Assembly (NCBI RefSeq): GCF_910583865.1
Contig: NZ_CAJTYX010000007.1
Coordinates: 12,588-76,587, forward strand
Source: an uncultured Muribaculum sp.
GTDB taxonomy: Bacteria > Bacteroidota > Bacteroidia > Bacteroidales > Muribaculaceae
Length of the DNA: 64,000 nucleotides
Direction of reading: 5' to 3'
Positions 19,717-28,636 of the stretch are shown piece after piece. Position numbers and translations under genes: made by a program. The notes under the pieces are model-generated. The model saw only the letters and a program-made list of their open reading frames with translations. It was not told the DNA's origin and made no database searches. How positions within the stretch are numbered: position 1 is the stretch's first letter; each line of letters opens with the position of its first letter.

Positions 19717-19793
19717 GAGATGGAGATGGTACAAGAGGGCTCCCGCCCGGGACGGGCATGCCGCAGCACAGGAACAAAATGAACTGCGTCCCG

Positions 19794-20090
19794 TCATATG
19801 CGCAGTCCCGTTTTTACGATGTCGGAATAAAGCGGATTATTGGCATCCTCTGTAAGTAACACCGGCTCAATCAGGTTGCTTATACCACGTCTCAGCTTCC
19901 ACAACAAAGGTGTGTCCGTAAAATAATCATCGTTGAGGTGTTCTACGACTACGGCAATATCAATATCGCTGCTTGCACTATAATTACCCTTGCTGAACGA
20001 GCCATACAGGTACAGCGCTTTTACGGGAAATCGGTCAGCCACGACGGCCTTGTAGCGTCGTGCTAATTTTATAGCTTCGTCTTTATCCAT
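19794..20090 (-). CDS. Minimal nucleotidyltransferase (MNT) antitoxin
   Basis: LYGSFSKG...SDIDIAV motif (GSx10DxD), 98 aa, overlaps the HEPN gene. Confidence 0.9.
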   Translation of the reverse strand: MDKDEAIKLARRYKAVVADRFPVKALYLYGSFSKGNYSASSDIDIAVVVEHLNDDYFTDTPLLWKLRRGISNLIEPVLLTEDANNPLYSDIVKTGLRI

Positions 20091-20455
20091 AGTCTTAATT
20101 CGTCAGTCGAGTGAATCAGCTCTTTACAGCGCGCCGAATCAAGACTCTTCATCAGGCGCTCCTTATATGAAGGATAACGAGCTTCAATATTTAATGGTTC
20201 AAGCATGTCAATGAGATCCAACTGAGTCTCTGACATTTCTTTGTCGATTCCGGTCTTTTCCGCAAGACGCGATAAGGTATGTATCTTTAAAGGGGGTTCT
20301 TCTAATACTGTACTCCAATATGCTTTAAGGAGTTTCTCGATTGTCTGATGACACATGAATCCCACATATAGATAACGCCCCGTATCAAGCATGGCATGGG
20401 CGGTGTCGAAGTCGTAATCAGACATTTCAATCCAATATAAGGCTTTATTGTTCAT
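20069..20455 (-). CDS. HEPN domain protein (MNT-HEPN pair)
   Basis: FMCHQTIEKLLKA...HTLSRL...NIEARYP HEPN pattern. Confidence 0.9.
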   Translation of the reverse strand: MNNKALYWIEMSDYDFDTAHAMLDTGRYLYVGFMCHQTIEKLLKAYWSTVLEEPPLKIHTLSRLAEKTGIDKEMSETQLDLIDMLEPLNIEARYPSYKERLMKSLDSARCKELIHSTDELRLWIKTKL

Positions 20456-20479
20456 CCGGCAATTATTATGTTAACTGGA

Positions 20480-20565
20480 AAAATATACAGACAAGTCGAG
20501 TGCAAAGATAAATTTATTTGAATTTACCGACATATTAGTATATAAGACGACACCCAAAGATAATG
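20480..20565 (-). repeat. Second copy of the promoter-bearing dispersed element, upstream of HEPN
   Basis: Aligns by eye with 503-592 (aaa.atac...aagtcgag.g.aaag...ccga...agtat.taag.cg...ccaaag.ta); TATCTTTG on the minus strand at 20503-20510 and 20555-20562. Confidence 0.55.
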
Positions 20566-20645
20566 AATATTTGGTATAATAGGAAATATTATATGAAAAA
20601 TGTCCGGCGATACTCCGTTTCCCCTCCCGATTATCCAAACCGATC

Positions 20646-20712
20646 ATCCGATTTGCATTATCCGATTTGCATTATCCGATTTGCATAATTGCCCCCCGAA
20701 TGATTATCTTTG
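20646..20712 (+). promoter_or_regulatory. Three tandem 14-bp repeats ATCCGATTTGCATT upstream of -7 element TATCTTTG (20705-20712)
   Basis: Directly visible, immediately 5' of the AAA ATPase gene. Confidence 0.7.
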
Positions 20713-20727
20713 CATAAAAACCGGTTT

Positions 20728-21879
20728 ATGCAGCATCCACGCAACCCCTTCATATTGGGCCACCGCATAGAGAGGCCTTATTTCTGCGACCGCATCCACG
20801 AGCAGCAGGCACTCGCCTCTGCCGTCACCAACGGACGTAATGTGGTGCTCATCTCCCCACGACGCATGGGAAAGACATCGCTGGTCTACGTCGCGCTCAA
20901 CGACTCGGAGGAAATACGCGACAACTACCTGACGCTTTTCCTCGACATACTCCAGACCAATTCCCTCGGCGAATTCACATATCTCCTCGGCAAGGCTGTG
21001 TTTGACATGCTGCTCCCGGCGGGACACGCACGAGTACGCGCTTTTTTGTCGGCTCTCAAATCGCTGCGGGGCGTGTTCGGCTTCGACGCTATGAGCGGCA
21101 CTCCCGTTTTCAACATACAGTTGGGCGACATAAAACATCCCGAATACACGCTCGACGAGATATTCGGATATATCGAGCAGAGCGGAAAACCCGTGGTAAT
21201 CGCTATCGACGAATTCCAGCAGATCACGAAATATCCCGAGAAGAACACCGAGGCCATCCTTCGCAGCCACATGCAGCGCATGGGCAACGCGACCTTTGTT
21301 TTCGCCGGAAGCGAAAGGTCGATCCTTCAGGAAATGTTCGTCTCCTCGAAGCACCCGTTCTACAACAGTTCGGAGATAATGCATCTCGGGCCGATAGGGG
21401 AGGGGCTATATGTGGAGTTCGCCGGCGCCCTTTTCCGGCAGCGGCAGAAAGATGTGGATGAGGAGGCCATACGCTGGGCATTCCGGCTCTTCGACGGCAA
21501 CACGTACTATATGCAGCGCACGATGAACGGAGCGTTTGCCGACACTCCCGAGGGCGCGATATGTTCCGGCGAGACCGTCAGGCGTGCCGTCCGGGCCATG
21601 TTGGCCGCCAACGAGGTGGTCTACCGCGAGATGCTCTCCAATATCAGTGTCGGTCAGAAATCGACGCTCTATGCCGTGGCCAAGGCGCGCGTCGTTGCCA
21701 ATCCGCTGAGCGGCGATTTCATAAGGGCCAACGCTTTGTCCTCGGCAAGTTCGGTGCAGAGCGCTATCTCACGTCTCGTCAGAGACGGATTCATATCCAT
21801 TGCCGACGGCGGTTACACGCTCACCGACCCTCTGCTCCGCATCTTCATCAACGGCCTTTATGCCCTTCCCGAAATATGA
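20728..21879 (+). CDS. AAA+/STAND-like ATPase with C-terminal winged helix
   Basis: NPF, FCDR, Walker A SPRRMGKTSL, Walker B IAIDEFQQI, FAGS, and C-terminal SVQSAISRL...DPLL. Start set to ATG 20728, downstream of the promoter. Confidence 0.85.
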   Translation: MQHPRNPFILGHRIERPYFCDRIHEQQALASAVTNGRNVVLISPRRMGKTSLVYVALNDSEEIRDNYLTLFLDILQTNSLGEFTYLLGKAVFDMLLPAGHARVRAFLSALKSLRGVFGFDAMSGTPVFNIQLGDIKHPEYTLDEIFGYIEQSGKPVVIAIDEFQQITKYPEKNTEAILRSHMQRMGNATFVFAGSERSILQEMFVSSKHPFYNSSEIMHLGPIGEGLYVEFAGALFRQRQKDVDEEAIRWAFRLFDGNTYYMQRTMNGAFADTPEGAICSGETVRRAVRAMLAANEVVYREMLSNISVGQKSTLYAVAKARVVANPLSGDFIRANALSSASSVQSAISRLVRDGFISIADGGYTLTDPLLRIFINGLYALPEI

Positions 21880-21991
21880 AACACCTTATAAATAGCTTCC
21901 TCCTCATCAAAAAAGTCTTGTGCATGTTTCGTCGTGAATCTCTCCTGTCTGTTGTGAGATGCCATCATAATCGGAATTCTAACGTCTTAGC

Positions 21992-22019
21992 TTATAGGTT
22001 GTTTTTAGACAACCTCTTA
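21992..22019. repeat. TAA-flanked 28-bp palindromic micro-element (copy 1)
   Basis: ttataggttgtttttagacaacctctta; near-identical to 29793-29820. Confidence 0.6.
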
Positions 22020-22082
22020 AACGGGGGTCGATTTTGATAGTTTGGAAAAAATATATAACTTCGCAACCATATTGTACAATTA

Positions 22083-23192
22083 ATGAAATTAAAGAAGTTT
22101 TCTTTTGCCAACCATAAAACAGGCTGGCATGTTAAAGATGTCCGGTTTGGCGCTCTGACATTGCTTGTCGGAGCTTCGGGCGTTGGTAAAACTCAAATTT
22201 TAAAATCTCTTTCTGCATTATGTAGGATTGCGGAAGGAAACTCTCTTGACGGAAGGGAATGGGCTGTAGAATTTGAAGAATCGGGGATAAATTACATCTG
22301 GACAGGACGATTTGAAGCCTCACAGAATCTTCAGGAGGTTTTTTTTTCTGATGAGCCGGAATTTTCAATTCTGGAAGAACGTCTTGCAACAGATGATGGA
22401 ACGGAAATTTTTTCAAGAAACGAGACGGAACTCCGCTATCATGATACCCCGACGGTGAAACTTGACCCATCTAAAAGTGCCGTTGAACTATTGAAAGAGG
22501 AGCCGGATGTTGCCCCTGTCAAGCGCGCCTTTAAAAAGATGTCATGGCTTGACATGGGAGAGGGTAGCCGGATATCCTTTCGACCGGGTCTATGGACTAA
22601 TAACGACGCCGAATTAACCCTCAAAGAAATTAAAGGTCTGAAATTCAGGACACCGATTGAGAGGCTGTTCCTGATACAGAAAAATGACGCAAACGTATTC
22701 AGTGAAATAAAGAGGGCGTTTATTGAAATATTCCCATTGGTTGAAGATCTTGATTTTGATCTGGAGCATTTTTTTAAAAAAGAATTTGTCCCGGTGCTTA
22801 AAATAAAAGAAAAAGGTGTCGACAGTTGGATTAAACTTCCCGACATCTCATCCGGCATGTGCCGTACATTGAGTCAGATAGTGACATTGACTTTGGCTGA
22901 TGACGGGGATATAATTCTAATCGATGAATTTGAAAACGGCCTTGGAATCAATTGTATCGACAGTCTTGCCGATATGGCATTGGAGCCGGAGGTCAATGTC
23001 CAGATTATAATGACAAGCCATCATCCGTATATCATCAATTCAATCCCATACCGGGATTGGAGGATTGTTTCACGGATTGGTGGTGAGTTAAGAGTGCATA
23101 CTGCTTCAGAAATGAAAATCGGAGAGCACTCCAGGCATGATGCATTTATGCAGCTGATTCAGACTTCCGCTTACAGGACCGGACAATTATGA
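22083..23192 (+). CDS. ABC-type (AAA_21/AAA_15-like) ATPase
   Basis: Walker A GASGVGKT, signature ISSGM, Walker B ILIDEFENGL, H-loop TSHHP; no membrane partner. Confidence 0.88.
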   Translation: MKLKKFSFANHKTGWHVKDVRFGALTLLVGASGVGKTQILKSLSALCRIAEGNSLDGREWAVEFEESGINYIWTGRFEASQNLQEVFFSDEPEFSILEERLATDDGTEIFSRNETELRYHDTPTVKLDPSKSAVELLKEEPDVAPVKRAFKKMSWLDMGEGSRISFRPGLWTNNDAELTLKEIKGLKFRTPIERLFLIQKNDANVFSEIKRAFIEIFPLVEDLDFDLEHFFKKEFVPVLKIKEKGVDSWIKLPDISSGMCRTLSQIVTLTLADDGDIILIDEFENGLGINCIDSLADMALEPEVNVQIIMTSHHPYIINSIPYRDWRIVSRIGGELRVHTASEMKIGEHSRHDAFMQLIQTSAYRTGQL

Positions 23193-23881
23193 ATGCATAC
23201 ATAATAGTAGAAGGAGACAAAACGGAAACTATTGTGTATCCAAAATGGTTGGAGATACTCGCGCCGGCGCTTACACGCGTGTCCGATGTTTTCGACATGC
23301 ATGAAAACAACTATTATCTTTTCAGCGGCGGTGGAATTCCGTCGATATATAATCATATAGCTAATGCTATAGAGGACATTAATAATATAAATGCAAAAGG
23401 GACGGCCATAATCGATTTTCTCATTGTCTGTATTGATACGGAAGAAGAATCCCGGGAATATATATTGGGGCAGATTGATAAAAAGCTGACAGAACGGAAT
23501 ATACCGTTGTCGTCATTCAATCTTGTTGTTTTTGAGCAGAAAGTCAGTATGGAGTCGTGGTTCTTGGGAAACCGTAGGATTTTTAAATCAAATCCGGAGG
23601 ATGAAGCACTGCGACGCTATATCAGTCATTTTAATGTCAAGGAGAATGATCCGGAACTCATGGACAATATTAATCCCGATGAATTCTCGACTAAGGCACA
23701 ATTCCATCACTCTTATTTAAGAAAGATATTTTCAGAGCAGCATGTCAGATATTCTAAAAGGCAGCCTGGAGAAGTATGTAAGAAGCATTATTTGGATCGT
23801 CTCGTTGAACGGTACAACGAGACGGGACATATCGCAACATTCGGCAGGTGGTATTCGTTTGTAATGGATAATCTCAGATGA
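23189..23881 (+). CDS. TOPRIM-like (RloB/DUF4276-like) putative nuclease
   Basis: YIIVEGDKTE, IVCIDTE, SMESWFLG; ATGA overlap with the ATPase stop. Confidence 0.65.
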   Translation: MNAYIIVEGDKTETIVYPKWLEILAPALTRVSDVFDMHENNYYLFSGGGIPSIYNHIANAIEDINNINAKGTAIIDFLIVCIDTEEESREYILGQIDKKLTERNIPLSSFNLVVFEQKVSMESWFLGNRRIFKSNPEDEALRRYISHFNVKENDPELMDNINPDEFSTKAQFHHSYLRKIFSEQHVRYSKRQPGEVCKKHYLDRLVERYNETGHIATFGRWYSFVMDNLR

Positions 23882-23885
23882 ATCG

Positions 23886-24416
23886 ATGTCTGTCAGACTG
23901 TTTTATATATTCATGCTTCTGCTGGCGATGGTGATGGCCGGATGTGTCACCGAGAAGGATGAGCCGGTGGTGGCGCTCGGGCCGGGCGACGCCGTGCCAC
24001 GCTTCGAGGTGACGCTCGACGACGGCACACGCTTCGGCTACACCGACATGCAGCGCACGCCATGCGTGATTACTTTCTTCGACACCTCCTGTCCGGACTG
24101 CCGCGCCGCCCTCCCCGTCGTGCAGTCTGTGGCCGACCGCACGGTAGTGCAGTCGCGCGGCGTGCGCTTCGTGTGCATTGCCCGCTCCGAGGGGGAGGCC
24201 TCCATCGCCCCGTACTGGCGCGAGGCATCGCTCACTATGCCCTATTCGCCGCAGCCCGACGACCGCGTCTACCGCCTTTTCGCCAACCGCATAATCCCGC
24301 GCATCTACCTCACCGTGCCTGCCGCCGATGAAAGCGCTCCCCCGGTCATCGCCGCCGCCTTTGTCGAGCATGTCACCGGAGATGCCCTCCTCTCCGCCAT
24401 CCTCCAATTGCCCTGA
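23886..24416 (+). CDS. TlpA/redoxin family thiol-disulfide oxidoreductase lipoprotein
   Basis: Lipobox MAGC, FFDTSCPDC (CxxC), IPRIY cis-Pro loop. Confidence 0.88.
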   Translation: MSVRLFYIFMLLLAMVMAGCVTEKDEPVVALGPGDAVPRFEVTLDDGTRFGYTDMQRTPCVITFFDTSCPDCRAALPVVQSVADRTVVQSRGVRFVCIARSEGEASIAPYWREASLTMPYSPQPDDRVYRLFANRIIPRIYLTVPAADESAPPVIAAAFVEHVTGDALLSAILQLP

Positions 24417-24536
24417 GCGGCATCCCGTCGGACGCAACCGCACGGCACACGTTCGACACAACCGCACAGGGTATCGTCCGACGTAGGGATGCTTCCCGAA
24501 ACATCAGGATTAACCGCAGAGCATCGTCGGATTAAC

Positions 24537-24615
24537 CGCACGGAGCACACGGAGCACACAGAGATTCCGGGTAGCCCCCGACTCTTATCTCTGTGCGCTC
24601 CGTGTGCTCTGTGCG
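24537..24615. terminator. Long hairpin built from 9-bp units between convergent genes
   Basis: cgcacggagcacacggagcacacagagat ... atctctgtgcgctccgtgtgctctgtgcg. Confidence 0.65.
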
Positions 24616-24618
24616 ATA

Positions 24619-25842
24619 TTATTTCAGGAAGCCTTTGGCCTTGAAGATGCTGTCGATCGATGCGGTAACCGCACGGTAGTCCCAGTCTGCGCGGTTGGCA
24701 AACACTATGTAGTGCAGCTTCTCTTCCGGCCATGTTCCCTCCACGATGGAGTATGCCCCGTTGCTGTTCATATGGTAGCTTTTCAGCGGGAAGCCCGGCT
24801 CCTCGCGTATGGCCGTGCCCAGTCCGAACGACACCATCGGCACGTCGGTCGGGATATAAGGCATGTTGATTACCTTGAGCGACGAGTCGGATATTATCTT
24901 CCCCGAGTACAAGGCTCGGTTCCAGACCATGAAATCGCGTGCCGAGCTATACACACCCCTGTCGGCACGGGTCAGGAAGAACGGCGCCTCGCCGAAGTCA
25001 TATTCTTCCCATCGGCCGTCCTCGCTGCGGAAGGCCAGCGATGCCGGACGGCCATCCGCCTTACGGTAGGCGTGGGATGTAGGTGGCATTTCCGACAGGT
25101 AGCTGTAGTAGAATGTTTCCTTTGTGCCTGCCGGCTTGAATATGTTGCGGTCCATCCACTCCTCGAATGTGGATCCTGTCACCTTCTCGATGATGGGGGC
25201 CACGAGGATGTAGGCCGGATCCTGGCGGTTGTAGTGTGTGCCCGGCTCGAAGTCGGCGCGTGTCAGGTTCTGGAACGAGTGCATGTGCTCCCCTTCGTCG
25301 CCGTAGAGGGCATAGTCCTCATTGTCGACAAACACCGAATGGTGCATGTCCTGGTATTTGCTCCACTCCTTGGCGTTGGCAGGACGCGGGTCGGGCAATC
25401 CGGAGCTATGGGTGAGGATATGGCGTATCGTCAGAGGGGCGAACACCTCCTCATTGAATTCCGGGAAAAATTTCGACAGGCTGTCGTCAAGCGACAACAT
25501 ACCCTGTTCGCAAAGCTTCAGCAACGCTGCCGATGTGAATATCTTCGATGCCGACGACAGGTTGAACAGTGTGCTGTCGTTGATCGGCTCCTTGCTCTGG
25601 AGGTCGGCCACGCCGAACGCGTGCCTGTAGACGACAGTATCGTTGCGCATCACCATGGCAATCCCGCCCGGGCCCTCCTCCTCTGGGAATATTCCGCTGA
25701 AAAGGGAGTCGAGACCCTCCGTCACCGCACATGGCGGCAACGACTCCATGCCGCCCCTCTTATCAGGGCTGCATGAGCATATTATCGACAGCACGGCTAT
25801 CGCCGACAGCATCCGGCATACCGCTGTTTTCGTTTTAGACAT
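24619..25842 (-). CDS. Serine hydrolase (beta-lactamase/AmpC-fold) lipoprotein
   Basis: FNLSSASK (SxxK), TIRHILTHSSGL, FEPGT, GVYSSARD. Confidence 0.88.
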   Translation of the reverse strand: MSKTKTAVCRMLSAIAVLSIICSCSPDKRGGMESLPPCAVTEGLDSLFSGIFPEEEGPGGIAMVMRNDTVVYRHAFGVADLQSKEPINDSTLFNLSSASKIFTSAALLKLCEQGMLSLDDSLSKFFPEFNEEVFAPLTIRHILTHSSGLPDPRPANAKEWSKYQDMHHSVFVDNEDYALYGDEGEHMHSFQNLTRADFEPGTHYNRQDPAYILVAPIIEKVTGSTFEEWMDRNIFKPAGTKETFYYSYLSEMPPTSHAYRKADGRPASLAFRSEDGRWEEYDFGEAPFFLTRADRGVYSSARDFMVWNRALYSGKIISDSSLKVINMPYIPTDVPMVSFGLGTAIREEPGFPLKSYHMNSNGAYSIVEGTWPEEKLHYIVFANRADWDYRAVTASIDSIFKAKGFLK

Positions 25843-25996
25843 GATCGCGTAGATAGATATTGACGAATGAATGTGCTGAGCCGCCGGGTGGGGCTGTATG
25901 TCCGGTTTCCCGTGCGCTCATGGCAAAATTAACCCATAATATAATACGCGAGCCATCCTCCACAGCATTTTATAAGGATTGCCACGGCTTTGTAAA

Positions 25997-27232
25997 TCAT
26001 GTGTAGGACCTGTGTCTTGCCGGTGACGACAGGATGTCTATGCCCGATGGCGCTTGGAATATCGACAGGCCGAACCTTCCCACCACCGCGTAGACATGGT
26101 CGAAGATGTCGGCCTGCACGTGTTCGTAGTTGACCCATGCCGTGTCGCGGGTGAAGAAGTAGAGCTGCACCGGCAGCCCCGACTGCGTGGGCGAGAGCTG
26201 GCGCACCATCAGCGTCATTTCGGGGTTGACGTCGGGATGGGTGGCAAGATAATGCTCCAGGTAGTCGCGCAGCAGCCGCAGGTTGACGCGCCTGCTCTCT
26301 GGGCGCGGGACAGCATTCTCCCCGTTCTCCGTCGCGGCGCCGCGGGCCGGCAGGAAGCCGTCCGCACGCAGGCTCTCGACCTCCTGCGCTTCGAGCATGC
26401 GTACCGTGTTGATGTCGATGTATATGGCGCGGTCGACGCGCCTCCCTCCCGACATCTGCATCGGGCGGTAGTTGCGGAACGAGTCGGTCACGAGCGAGTA
26501 GGGGGGTACCGTCGTCACCGAGTTGTCCCAGTTGCGCACCTTCACCGTGGTCAACGACACGTCGATCACCTCGCCGTTGAGGTCGCGCCCGGGCATCGTG
26601 ATCCAGTCGCCGCGCTGTAGCATCTTGTTTGCCGTCAGCTGTATGCCCGCGACAAGCCCCAGTATCATGTCTTTGAACACCAGCGACAGCACCGCCGCCG
26701 ACGCACCCAGCGCCGTGAGTATGGCTATCGGGGTCTTGCCGATGAGTATGCTTATCGCGATGATTACTCCTATACCTATGGCTATCAGCTTGAACATCTG
26801 GAATATGCCGGTGATGGCATACGCCTTGAGGCTGTCGCGGCGCAGAAGCGCCTTGTAGAGATTGTCGATGAGGATGACCACTATGCGCACTATCGCCCAA
26901 AGGATATAGAGCGACGTCAATATGTCGGCCCACTTCACCGAGTCCGGCGAGTCGCCCTGGCCGGCGAACGTCTGCGGCAGGAGCCACGACACTATCAGCG
27001 CCGGCGCAAGCTGCGATATCGCGCGCATGAGCCGAGGATTGAGCATGTCGTCGTCCCATTGGGTGGGGCTGCGCAGGATCATCTTCTCGAATATCATCAG
27101 TGCGCCTTTTGTCATGAAGTAGGCTACCACCGCCACTACGGCTATGCACGCGAGCAGCACGGGTGTGGCTATGTTCGGGTGAAGGCTCGCCGGGGCTATG
27201 GATTCGGCTATCTGTCTGATTGTTTCTGACAT
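25997..27232 (-). CDS. mscS: Small-conductance mechanosensitive channel (MscS family, YbdG-like)
   Basis: TM helices, LGASAAVLSLVFKD, GDWI, TTVKVRNWDN, SGGRR, GLPVQLYFF. Confidence 0.9.
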   Translation of the reverse strand: MSETIRQIAESIAPASLHPNIATPVLLACIAVVAVVAYFMTKGALMIFEKMILRSPTQWDDDMLNPRLMRAISQLAPALIVSWLLPQTFAGQGDSPDSVKWADILTSLYILWAIVRIVVILIDNLYKALLRRDSLKAYAITGIFQMFKLIAIGIGVIIAISILIGKTPIAILTALGASAAVLSLVFKDMILGLVAGIQLTANKMLQRGDWITMPGRDLNGEVIDVSLTTVKVRNWDNSVTTVPPYSLVTDSFRNYRPMQMSGGRRVDRAIYIDINTVRMLEAQEVESLRADGFLPARGAATENGENAVPRPESRRVNLRLLRDYLEHYLATHPDVNPEMTLMVRQLSPTQSGLPVQLYFFTRDTAWVNYEHVQADIFDHVYAVVGRFGLSIFQAPSGIDILSSPARHRSYT

Positions 27233-27259
27233 GCTTTTGCTATGAATTGGATGTGACGG

Positions 27260-27844
27260 TTATAGGAAAGTCTCGGCGAGCACCCGGGGGAAGTGGCGTC
27301 CCTCAAGGTCGCGCACCTTGGCGGCCACGTCGTCGGGAGTGTCGCCGGGTGCCACGTGTATAGAGGCCTGGTATATTATCCTCCCCTCGTCATACCGGTC
27401 GCTGACGTGGTGGATGGTGATGCCCGTCTCGCTCTCTCCGGCGGCCACGACGGCCTCATGCACATGGCGTCCGTACATCCCCTTGCCGCCGAACTTCGGA
27501 AGCAACGCCGGATGGAGGTTGACGATGCGGCCACGGTAGCGGTCGATGAGAAACGGCGGTATCATCAGCAGGAATCCGGCGAGCACCACCACGTCGACGC
27601 CGTACTCCTCCATCAGGGGCAGCAGCGTCGACGGCTCGTTCAGCTCCTTGCGGCTGACTATGCGCACTTCCGTGCCGAGCAAGGCTGCGCGCGAGATTAC
27701 TCCCGCCGAGGGGTTGTTACACACTATAAGCGCCACCTCGGCGCGGCAGCCGTTGTCGCGGAAATATCTTATGATATTCTCGGCGTTGCTCCCCTCGCCG
27801 GAGGCGAATATGGCGAATCGTTTTGTCGGATCTCCTTTTTCCAT
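27260..27844 (-). CDS. purN: Phosphoribosylglycinamide formyltransferase
   Basis: AIFASGEGSN, VLAGFL, NLHPALLPKFGGKGMYG, GITIHHV, YDEG. Confidence 0.95.
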   Translation of the reverse strand: MEKGDPTKRFAIFASGEGSNAENIIRYFRDNGCRAEVALIVCNNPSAGVISRAALLGTEVRIVSRKELNEPSTLLPLMEEYGVDVVVLAGFLLMIPPFLIDRYRGRIVNLHPALLPKFGGKGMYGRHVHEAVVAAGESETGITIHHVSDRYDEGRIIYQASIHVAPGDTPDDVAAKVRDLEGRHFPRVLAETFL

Positions 27845-27986
27845 GCCGTGAAGTTAGGCAATTTCCGCGTGAGTAGAAAATCGCAGGGCCACGACGATGG
27901 CACGTGTGCGAACAATTTACTTTCGGGGAGCGTTAAGGTCTTGATATATAAATATTAAGTTGACAATATTAAAAACACTCAGGACT

Positions 27987-28517
27987 ATGAAGAGAATTCG
28001 CCGCATTTTTGCCTTTGCTTTTGCATTGGCCGCCATGGCAGTCGTGATGCCGTCGTGCGACAGCGATGATGACGATGACAAGGACACCTATATCACCAAC
28101 AAGGTGGATGCCGCGTTCAACAGTGCGCTGAAAGAGCAGTTTCCCGATGCGCAGAATGTGAAATGGGAGCGTAAGAACGAATACCGAGTGGCCGAGTTCA
28201 CAAAGAACATGGTCGGGTATGATGTGTGGTTCGACAAGACCACCGCATGGGTCATGACCGAGACGGACTATGGCAAGGACATCTTCCTTGTGCCCGACAA
28301 CGCAGTTACGGCGGCATTCCCGCGTGGCGAGTACGGCACGTGGACCATCGACGACATAACCCACTATCGCCGTGCCGACACCGAGTTCTACGTATTCGAG
28401 GTAGAGAAAGCCGGACAGGCCGACATGGACCTGTTCTATGCCCTCGACGGCACGCTCATCAAGGCTATCCCTTCCGACACCGCCCCCGACATCCTCCCCA
28501 CCACTCCCCTCCGGTAA
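27987..28517 (+). CDS. PepSY-like domain lipoprotein
   Basis: Lipobox MPSC plus acidic run; FPDAQNVKWE, WFD...WVMTETD, WTIDD. Confidence 0.8.
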   Translation: MKRIRRIFAFAFALAAMAVVMPSCDSDDDDDKDTYITNKVDAAFNSALKEQFPDAQNVKWERKNEYRVAEFTKNMVGYDVWFDKTTAWVMTETDYGKDIFLVPDNAVTAAFPRGEYGTWTIDDITHYRRADTEFYVFEVEKAGQADMDLFYALDGTLIKAIPSDTAPDILPTTPLR

Positions 28518-28545
28518 TACTATCCTCCTTCTGACTCCATACCAT

Positions 28546-28574
28546 GACGGCGTGCCGGATTCCGGCACGCCGTC
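28546..28574. terminator. 14-bp stem hairpin between convergent genes
   Basis: gacggcgtgccgga-t-tccggcacgccgtc. Confidence 0.7.
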
Positions 28575-28636
28575 TCTGTCATACCCACATATATGTGGTA
28601 TGTGGGGCAAACCTTAAAGGCATTCTTAAATAACCT

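Noticed and set aside
19572..19855. Short ORFs 19572..19769 and 19646..19855
   Set aside because: They run through the inverted repeat and have no recognisable protein features.
24619..25842. Antibiotic-resistance beta-lactamase call
   Set aside because: Only the generic serine-hydrolase fold is supported, and the class-defining motifs are altered.
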